Assembly: GCA_029717555.1 (NCBI GenBank) | Contig: JAMDHS010000002.1 | Span: 248,001 to 312,000 of the forward strand | Direction of reading: 5' to 3' | Length of the DNA stretch: 64,000 bases | Origin: Peribolospora baueri | Lineage: Eukaryota | In this document: positions 39,333 through 49,700 of the stretch, one piece after another | How positions within the stretch are numbered: the stretch's first letter is position 1 | Layout of the letters: the number at the start of each line of letters is the position of its first letter | The notes under the pieces: model-generated | Told to the model about the DNA's origin: nothing | The model's input: only the letters and a program-made list of their open reading frames with translations | The model's database searches: none | Position numbers and translations under genes: made by a program

Positions 39333-41145
39333 ATGGTTTTTTTTCCGTCCGCCCATAGTCACTGAGACTCGTCCATGTACACGAACCTGCGAAGAACCCT
39401 TCGCGTCCTAGGGAGAAGAGATGAAAGAGCCCGCGTATCACGTGGTACGACCCGTGTGTCACGAATATGTCTCCATTTGCTGTCCGGAACTCTTCTTCTA
39501 CCAGCACCTCCATCTGCAGTTGCCACACCAGGCAACACATCTTTTTTTTTTGTCGAACGGAGAGAGAAGGTTTTGCACGGACGGGACTAACGGCTGAGAA
39601 GCGACCGATCATGTTCTGCGCGTAGAATTGCTCACGTGGCGGGCGACCCAAGACAGGGATGAGCGTCTCTCCGGTGAGTTTGGTGCTTATGTGGCTCGCG
39701 TCGCTACCACCAACCAGGAGTTCGTCTGGCGAGGATGTGCGAGGAGATTTGCGCAGGCATCTGGTGGTCCATCGTTCCTCTCAGTGAGCTCTTTCGCCTG
39801 TCTCGTCACACCCTCGAGCACGTGAAACTTGGCGGCGTATCACCGCGTTTCATGCGACCCCTTTCGACGTTCTTCACTTGCTCGCAGTCACCTGCAACGA
39901 CTTGTGCCCGAACATGTGAGAAGGAGCAGAGCCTCCGACGACGACGACGCCGGATGTAGAGGCAGGAGCGCTCCTCTGCGGCCAGCTGCAGCTGACATTT
40001 TGGGCACTATTGGCTCCTTCCTTCCCTACCTGGAGACATAAATATTGCCGATGCAACTGTGGCTGGAGGGACGACAGTGAGATTGTGAGTAATGTGGGAG
40101 GCGAGGCGAGCGAACGTGGCCACAAGCTGACGGACATACCAAGCGCAATCTATTTTACCCACCCCGCCCCACCCCACCCCGCTCGCTCATCCTATCCTAT
40201 CCTAGCCCGAAGACGCCCTCGGCAACACGACCAAATCCTCCCAACAACCCGTTGCCCAACAACCAATGACCGTACCGGCCGGCGGCGACGGCGACGGCGA
40301 CGACGGTACACGACAGCGGCAGCGGTAGGAGTAGCAGCGGCCATGCAACGCCTGACGGAAACTCGTGGCCCTGACACCCTCTCTACCCGTATAGAGGGCG
40401 ACGATTTTTGACTTGACTTGCCGACGACAACGTCCACCATCATCCCCACGTATTTATCGATAGACCCACGCATCACGCATTCAAAGACGGCTCAACACCG
40501 CCGACCTAGGCGAAACCCGACGAACAATGGCAGGAAGAAAAAAAAAAAAGAAAAGAAAAAGAGACGTTCGTTCGCTCAAACCGGATCGAAAGGGGCCGCG
40601 CGGAAGGTCTTCGAAACTGGAGCGAGCGAGCGAGCGGCCGCGCCGACGCTATCTATCTGTCTGTCTGTGGTGAGCGATAGTTATTTCGAGGAAGGCGATC
40701 GATCGATCGGTCGTTCGTTCGGCGGACCGCGCTCGTCCTTCGGACGGCCAATGGCCGACCATCCCTTTTTTGCTGGTTCGCACGAGGAAGTGAAAGAGGA
40801 AACGGAAAGGAGCGGTGACGAGGTACGTCGCATCGATCGAGCGAGACGACGACATGGGGACCTACGATATCGGAGCAAAGAAGGAGGCAGATGGGCGTAT
40901 GAGGGAAGCGGAATAGGGATGGGTTTGTACACATGGGGCGGAGGGAATGAAGGGGGCGGAAAGACGGGATGGAAAGACGAGATGTTTGGGTATGACAGAC
41001 GAGGGAGCGGTGGACGCTCGACCGGTGTGCAGGCAAGTGGAACGTCGGAATGAGCCGAAAAAAAACGGGAAGCAAACCAGTCCAGTTCATCGCGACGGTC
41101 CGAAGGAGGCGACGAGGGAGCAAGGTGGATGGAAAAGGCCGCCAC

Positions 41146-42919
41146 TCAATCGTCTGCCCCCGGCGCCGGCGTGCCCTGGCAAGTCCAGGAGCTGTCGCGC
41201 GTGCCGTAGCTACCGATGGCCTTGTACGCCGACACGCCGTTGAGGCAGTCGACGATCGAGTTGAGCTTGTAGCCGGCGCTCTTGAAAGCGGACAGCGCCG
41301 CGGGCTCGACCTGCTCGACGGTGGACTGGTAGGACTCGTGAGCGAGGACGATATGGGGCTTGGGGTAGTCCTTGGCGACCTGCTTCATCTCCGCGATGGA
41401 GTTTTTGGCGGAAGTGCCCATCGAGTCGCCGGTGTCCTCGTCCCAAGTGACGACGGTGTAACCCCATTTCTGTCCGAAGGGGACGCAGACATCAGCGCGC
41501 CGGTTCGACAACGAAATGACGGTGTGCCTCGGACGGTACGGTACGGTACGCACATCGTTGAGGTACTTGACGATGGAGTCATTAATGGAGCCGTACTGTC
41601 GTCGCAGAAGGGGAAAAAAAAAAAGAAGAGACGAGGAGTACAGGTAAGCTCGGGCATATCTTGGCGGACCGGACCGATTAGGATGCCTTGACTCACAGGA
41701 GGGCCTTATTTAGAGTAGGCCATGGGATCATCATGGATTTTACGGCGTCGTTGTCAGCTGGCACGCAGTGAATGTCAAGTCAAGTCCGATAAAAGGCTCA
41801 CGAATGATGGCGGGCACGACGCCGATGATCTAATCCAGCGGGGAGCGCAGACGACAATGCACGAGTAAGGGAACATCGTCCATCAGCGCCGAGGCGATGT
41901 GACGCCGGGAAGGGACGAGCGGGACGCGGACTGACCTTCCAAAGGGCTTCCTCCAGGAGCTCGACCTGTTGGTCGATCTCCTGCCACGACAGGTCGGTGA
42001 GGTGCGGGTGGGACCAGGTGTGGGAGATGATTTCTGCAACGCCGGACTCATAGGCGTCGCGAAGGCGCGTGACGGAGGATTGGTCGTCTTTCGTGGAAGG
42101 GAGAGAAAGAAAGTCAATTTTGGGGGGAGAATACGAGACTGGGCGGCCAGGACGACTGACAGATGCATGCCCAATTGTCTATGGGGGAGAGAAGAGAATG
42201 ACGGCGAGACACATGAGTCTAAGATCGGATCCAAGATTCGAGGAGGAAGACTCACAGCCGTTGACGGCAAACGTCATTTTGCCGCCGGCGTTCTACGGAA
42301 TCGCCGAGCGGAGGGGATGAAGGAAAAGAGGGGTCAGCGTGACGACATACGAGAGTGAGACGCGGCTGCCGAGCTCTGCAGTCCCGCAGCGGTTCGTGGG
42401 CACACCTTCATGTTGGTCCACGCCTCCTTGTTCCACTGCGTGCATGGCATAAAGGACAGAAAGAAAACTCAGTGCGACGTGCGACATGCGATGCGCATGA
42501 TCCGTCTCCAACCAGCGCGACCTGCCGCTCCGTCGTTCGTCCGCCTCTTTGCACGGCGGATGGGGCTGTCTCACGGTGTAAACGCCATCGTCGTTGGACC
42601 AAGCGATGGTGCCGGTCTTGTCGCAGGTCGTGACGAGGCCGTTGCGATGGCTGTACGCTGCTGCGTCCTGAATGGGGACGGGGGAGCGCTTGGCGACGGT
42701 GTAGGTGGAAGGATGGCTGTTGAGGAGCGTTCTGCGAACGTTTTCGCTGAGGGGAGGCCAGCCAGAGGTGTCGACGGCGCTCGGGGAGGAGAGGGCGGCG
42801 CGCGGGGCTACGTCGCGATAGGAGCGGCGGACGGAGCGAGACTGGGCGGCCTGGACGGGGTTCGAGGGAGAGAAGGCGAGGGCGAGGATGAGGATGAGGA
42901 GGGAGGCGAAGGCGAGCAT
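41146..42919 (-). CDS. Secreted carbohydrate esterase family 4 (chitin/polysaccharide deacetylase), multi-exon
   Basis: Signal peptide MLAFASLLILILALA; CE4 motifs SNDDG, TFAVNG, SHTWSHPHL, RPPYG, WDEDTGD, IVLAHE; C-terminal RDSSWTC. Confidence 0.9.
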
Positions 42920-44209
42920 GGCGGGTGAAGGCGAGAGGGCTGGAAGAGAGCGTGGGGGCTGTCGAGGACGAGAAGGTGGTGGTTACTAAAGACGGTGAGA
43001 GTGAGCGAAGAAAGAGAGCGTCGGGGAGCTGGGAAGAAGAAGAGGAGGGTGAAAAGGGAAAAGAGAAAAGGGAAAAGGGATGAGTGCTTGCTTGTCTATG
43101 TAGTATGAAGATGGCCGTGCGTGCCAGCCAAGCAACCTCGCTCTTCCTTCCTCCATCGTTCCCTCGCTCCCTCGTTCGCTCATTCCCTCGTCCCCTCGTC
43201 CCCTCGTTCCTTGGCCACGGCAGGCCGGCAAGCCCAGCTCGACTGGACTCGACTCCACTCTCGGCACATGGCATCGCAGCTCGGCACGACAGCAGCAGGG
43301 AGCGACGGCAGGGGTGCAGACAGGGGTGACGTGATGCGACGCGACGCGACCGCTCCCCATCCAGCTCTGACCGGCGACCATCGATGGGCCTTGCGGCTGC
43401 CCGCCACGCACATAACATGGACGGGACGGAGAGATGCTGGCCGAGTCCGAGTCGGAGTCGAGTCAGTCGAGTCGGTCTGGGCCAAGCCGAGCCGAGCGAT
43501 TTCCTTCCAGCCACGCTCGACGAGGGCAAGGGCAAGGGCAAGGTCAAGGTGGAAGGAAGGAAGAGACAGAGAGAGACACACGCCTGCCCCGTCGCGACCA
43601 AGCCCCCTGCTCCGGCCGCGGCGGGACCTGACGGCACGGCGCGGCCGACGAGCGCGCGTAAATCCACTCCATCCACTTCCACTTCGCCCGCCCCTCATGC
43701 CCGCCGGCCCTCCACCTCGCACTCCGTCTTTCATTCCTCCGCCACAAGGAACAGATGGGACCGACGGATGGACGAGATGGGATAGAGATAGAGATACATA
43801 GATGACTTGCTGCCCACACGCGATCGAGCCCACCGGTTCACATCGCCCCAGGCCGTGTCCATTCCCACTCCAGCCCGAGCTCGACCTCGAGCCAGATCAT
43901 GTGTACACGTCGCCCGAGGAAGGCGCAGCGTAGGTCGATCGATCCTCGTTGTTGGCGTCGCTACGACAAGACACGAGACAAACACGGGACCCTGGGATTT
44001 CCTCGCGCGTTCGATCCTTCGAACCAGACGCCATCGTGGACGAAAACGAACGAGGACGGGGATCCGATCGCGAGCATGCGGCAGGGTTTGCTGACTTCAC
44101 CTCAACGAATAACCCGTCCCTGGCGACGTCCGCGGGGAAAAAAGGAAGCAGAAGCAGATGGCCGAGCGAGAGTCAGTCAGAGAGACAGGTCGTCGTCGAG
44201 CTGCGTGAC

Positions 44210-45435
44210 TCACTCGAGTCCCCGTTCCTTCCGTCCAACCTTAGTCTTGTCTTCCAACGACATCCTCAACTCTGTCAGCACGGTAGAGCCCTCAATCTCT
44301 GGATATTGCCTCAGCACCTCCTCCGGTTGCCCTGCGACTATCCACTGCCATTCCTTGCTCCCTTGTACCGGACCCTCCCTCTCCACCACCTCCTTCTCGT
44401 ACCCGACATGGGCTCACAACGCTCCCCCTTTCCCACTGTGGTATTTCTCCGTGAGCACCGCCATCGTCGTGGGTCATCTAGGGGCCGGGTGGTCCGGGTG
44501 CGCGTCGAGGTAGCGCGACTCGTGATAGCCAAGGCGCGACACTAGGTACCGTCGGTCCGAGTCTTCCATATAAAGCCAATCGAACTCTTCGGCAGTTTGG
44601 TGGAGAGGCACACGCCTTCCTATCCAGTCGATCACGCTTTCGAAAACGGAAAGGCACGAACGAAGCAGCGCGACAGTCAGCTCAGCATCCATCGACACAA
44701 TCTTCAGGCGTCTTGAAAGAAAAAAGGAAGCTCTATCGGTACGAACCCGGTGAGGACGTAGTCGTCGTCCCAAAGCAGGTTGCACCAATCCAAGTCGTCG
44801 TGGCGGACCGGAAACGGTCCACGATCCAGTCCTAGGAGACAGCTGCGGCCTTTAGTGAGCGTGGGACGACGGGACAGACACCGGAGGGTTCTCCAAGTTG
44901 GGGCGACAGCCAAGTATCGTGCGGCGGTGCGACGGACGCATAGGTGAGCTGGAGACGAAAGCGGCGACTTGATCGAACATCTTTTCGACCACGGCCGCTT
45001 CTGAAGGTCGCTTCTTGCGCAAGTCGATTTGCCGGCCGGGCGAAGAAAAGGGGAGCCAACGGACGTTCCTTGGCGGTCGAAATGTCGTTTCCTCGGAATG
45101 GGCAGGGAAGGGAGCGCGTGGGAAGCGTACTCCAAGAAAGCGGCTTCGGAGGCGAGTTCTTCTACTGGTTCTACTCTCACCACTCCCCTCTTTCCGTCCT
45201 CTTCTTCGTCAAACATGAGCGGCATCTTGGCGGCCCACTTGACGCCGCCGTCAAACTCAACACACCAGGCCGCGTTGAAAGAGCCGTAAGCAGGATCATC
45301 GGTCACAAGACGACAACAAATGCCGCGGAGTTGGATGCAGACTTGGACGAGTGCGGCGAGGTCGATGTGTGCGCAAAGAGCGTCGCGCGCGGCCAAGCAC
45401 ATAGAAGAGGCATTGGAGTTGGTGGACTGGCCCAT
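44210..45435 (-). pseudogene. Aminoglycoside phosphotransferase-like / protein kinase-like fold gene, disrupted
   Basis: GSFNAAWCVEFDGGVKWAAKMP, SEAAFLEY..LPIPR, PFPVRHDDLDWCNLLWDDD, VIDW. Scrambled central frames, plus two in-frame TGA codons in the 3' part. Confidence 0.7.
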
Positions 45436-46705
45436 CGTTCGGTGTTGCAGCTTGTGCGGGTTGAGGTGAAAAGATAGACCAGGTTTTGTCCCCTCCGCCC
45501 GTAATCAATGGAACACGGGGGTCATGCCGTCCCAGACCCATCCATCGCCCTCGCCCTCGCTCTCCATCCAACACAATAGCCCTGCAAGCTCCGGTGCGGA
45601 CGCACGCGGCCCATCGGAGGTGACCTCATCTCACTCCGCTTACGCTCACTGTCTGTCACGCGTGAAACGATACGGAGGCGGACAGGACAGGACAAGGAGG
45701 TTGCCGTATGCAGTATGTCAGGCCAAAGCGAGACGGACGAGTGGACCGTGAGGGAGTGGTGGATCAGACAAGCCAGCCTGGTGTGGTGGTACCTTATTAG
45801 ACGATACTGTAATACATCTCATCTCTCTACCTGCCATCGCCTGCGACAGAGGGGTAAGTAAGATGCACAATCCTTTCGAATGTTCACCATGCATTACACG
45901 TCCAGCGTCTATTTTCGAGTTGATGGATCCTCCTCCCTTCGCCCTCGACAGACGGAGACATCCATCGCGCGCGCTCATATATATATATGTTGGGTCCAAT
46001 ATGGAAGGAACGATCGGTCTACCAAACGCGCTCCCATCCCTCGCCGTCGCCGAGCGGCGGTGGACGAGGGGAGGAGAGAGCGTGGGGGGAACGTCATCGC
46101 GAGGCTCGCTCCGTGAGCACGTTCGGACGGCGCGACGGAGAAGAGGGGGCCACTAGGGACGGGCGGCGAGGCGAGCTCGAGCGACGGCGCGGCGTCAACG
46201 ACGGTCAAGGGTCGACGTTGGAGGTTGGAGGTTCTGGTCGAGGACACGCACGAATGGCGCGAGTGGATCGAGTGCACACGCTTTTACTCCTCTCTTTGCT
46301 CGCCGACGGGGGGGTGACTGGACGCTGGCTGCCCGTTGCCGCCGCTCGCACACGAGATGGATTCATTACCGCCATTACGACGGCGGCGATTACAGACGGC
46401 CGAGGCAGACTAGAGCGGGATTGTAATGCGCGTGGTTACCGTCGATAGATTCTCATTTGAAGAGACCTTGAAAGTCGGGCCGGGATGGCTGGCGTTGGTC
46501 AGCGCGTCGCGAGGGCTGCGGCAGGAGGAAAAAGGGCGGGCGGGCGTGGCAAGGGGTGCAAGATACAAAAGCGACGCTCTGCTGACCGACGCCCGCCTCC
46601 TTTCCCGACTGCCCAGCGCGTCTCTCGATCGCCCCCCTCCCTCCACCGACTCCGCGTATCGCCGCCCTGCCGCGTCGAGCTGAGTCGAGTCGAGGTAACG
46701 ACGAC

Positions 46706-49700
46706 ATGACGTCACGTGAGTGCACGAGCCACCCTCGCCGCGCTGTGTCCCTCCGCTCCGCATTGACCATCCCCGTCCTCCTTGGCCGGCGTTGTCCTCC
46801 CCCATTCCTTCTGCCCCTCGCACAGGCCTCGACCGTCTCGTCAGCCTTCTCGACTCCGGATCCACCCCGTCCATCCGCGCCACCGCCGCAAAGCAGCTAG
46901 GTCAAATCGCGCGGCAGCGCATCGCACACGTCCACCACTACCACCACCACCACCACCATGCCCATCATCGCCCTCCCCTCGATGCCGCCCCCGCCCTCCC
47001 CAACGACGCCGGATTGGCACTCAAGCCAGAGGCGGTCGACTATGAGTCGCTAGCCGTTTCCACCGCCGCCAGCTCCCCCTCGTCCATCACCAGGCCCGAA
47101 GAGGCACCCTTCTTCCCTCCGGACGCCGACGCGGAGGAATGGCGCGGCGTCGACGGCGAGTGGGACGAGGTGGTGACGCTCCTCGGCCGTGTCCTGCCTC
47201 ATCTCAGGAGCAAGACCTGGGACTCGAGGGTCGCTGCCGGCCAGGCGATCGAGGCCATTTGTAATCACGTCGGCGTGTGGGATCCCGATGTCGCCATCGC
47301 CGCCAGGGACGACAAGGGCAAGGCCAGGGCCAGCGCCGACGTCCCTGGCACCCAAGCCATGGACGTCGACGACGTCAAAGTGGAGGACGAGGACGAGGCC
47401 GACGTCGCCACCGCCGCCGCCGCCTCCCCCGACACTTCGAACGGTTCGGGCGCGACGGCGTCCAGCCTCGTCTTCGACACCTTCTCCCTCCCCACCGTCC
47501 TCTCCACCGGCACAAAACTTCTGGCATCGGCCGGCAAGGAGTACGACATCCCCCTCTCCGCCTCCGTCCTCTCCGCGGCAGGCCCGTCCGCTCCGGATAG
47601 GCTTCGTCGAGCCAAGCACGATGTTGTCGGCAAGCTCGGCCTCGGCTTCGGCGCAGGGCTCGGCGAAATGGACTTGGGCATGGATGTGGAGGACGAGCTG
47701 CGCAAAGGCGAGGAAGAGGCGGCCGCCGCCCCATCTCCTCGTCCGCCCAGCACTCCCGGCGCCGGAACCACGAGGATGCCTCCACCCTCATGGGCCGCCG
47801 CGTCCGCCGCTTCTCCTTCCGTCCCAAACGCCGCCTCGCCCTCCCCCTTCCTCTCTTCCTCCAAACCTGTCCCTCTCCCTTCTCCCCGCTTCGCATCCGC
47901 CGCCTCGCCTACCCCGGGCTCCCTTCCCCCGCCTCGCTTCGCCCCAGGAGGAGCGCCTCGCTCTGCCCCCGCCCCCTCCCCTTCTCCTATTACCCCCGTC
48001 GGTGCCCCCGCCTTCGTCCAGCCAGCCAGGCCCACCTCTCCTACCCCGTCCGGGGACCGCTCTGCCAGTCCTATGGGCGTCGGCGGCGAGGCGGGCGACG
48101 AGGACGACTTGAGTCATCTGAGCGCGAGGGAGAGGAACAGGCTGAAACGGAAACGCAAGGCTGAGGGGAAGGGCGCTGGTGGTGGTGCTACATCCATGGG
48201 CTCTTCCAAGTGAGTAGTCCCAAGTCTACTAGCTTGGGGGATTTGGTGTGTGTGGGCGAGGGGGGGCAGGGGAGCGGGGACGATGAACGACTTCTGCGTG
48301 GCCTCCACTCATATTTTTCGCCCTCCTTCCTCTTCGTCGTGCTCGTGCCTCGTCTTCCATCTCACAGAACTCGCGTCGTCGACACGCCCTTGCCCTCTCC
48401 ATCTCTTCCCTCCCCTTCCTTTCCCCCCACCCTCAAGGTCAGGACGCCCTCGGCGACGGCCCCGGCTCCAACACCCGGTTGGGCCACGACGGCAAGTTCC
48501 ACCGCTGAAGCGAGCGACTATGTCTCCGCCAAGCCTCCTCCTCCCGGCCGTTCATCTCGCCCACCCACGCCTGGCCCGACGTCGGACTCCGTTGCCACCG
48601 CATCCACCTCGCCCGCCCCCGCCCCCGCCCCCGATGCCGTGTCGGCGGAACCGGCGTCTTCCAATGATGTTCTCCTTGTCGAACATGGCGAATGGCCTTT
48701 CCGAGCCGTCGTCGATCTCCTCTCTCTCGACCTCTTCAACCCCCAGTGGGAGATCCGCCACGGCGCGGCGCTCGGCTTGCGCGAGCTCCTCAAGCTCCAG
48801 GGTTCCGGGGGCGGCAAGTCCTCCGACCCGTCCGCAACCGTCTCTTCCAACGCTGCCTGGCACAAGGCGTGGTCCGACGACCTGGCCATCAAGCTCCTCT
48901 GCGTCCTTGCCCTCGACCGCTTTGGCGACTTTGTCGGAGACCAGGTCGTGGCGCCCGTCCGGGAGACGGCCAGCCAGACGCTTGCGAGCCTGCTCAGGCA
49001 CGTGCCAACGAGCAGCGCTGTGGAGGTACACAGGATCCTTATCGCCATGATTCGGCAGGAGCACGTCAAGAACGAACCTGAGGTGGCTGGCGCCGCTGAC
49101 GGAGCCGCCGCGGACGCCAACGCCGAGTCCGCCCCGCAAGGGAGGAGAGGCTCCGCGGCCGGCCAGCACCAGCGAAGAGGCCGCGGACGGCCCAGGATGA
49201 CGGCGGCGGCGCCGGAGAGGCGGAGCGAGTGGAGGAGGAACGGATACGTGTGGGAGGTGAGGCACGCCGGCCTCCTCGGTCTCAAGTATGAGGTCGCCGT
49301 GCGGAGGGATCTGCTCGTCGCCGACGATGAGCGCCGGCAGCCCGTCATCAAGATGGAGACGGATGACACGGGCGCTCGGGCTCCATCGCAACCGCAACCA
49401 CAGGATTTGCTGAGGGAAGTGGTGGACGTTGCCGTCTTGGGGTGAGTGACGTCCTGCCTGCATCAATCACCTTTTCGCCGTGGCGCTACTGTCCCTTGAA
49501 GCCGCGCTCAGCTCTTGCCGTGGCCGTCCGTCCGCTGACCCATCCTCGACTCTTTGTCTTGTCCCGCCGCGCACCCACAGGTTGAGCGATTCGGACGACG
49601 ACGTGCGCGGCGTCGCCGCCGCCACCTTGCTTCCCATCGCCGACGTGCTCATCTCTCGATTATCGCAGTCGGAAATAGTGGCCGTGCTCAACGTACTCTG

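Noticed and set aside
42408..43833. Long overlapping ORFs upstream of the CE4 gene
   Set aside because: Low-complexity, repeat-rich promoter/UTR sequence with no coding signature.
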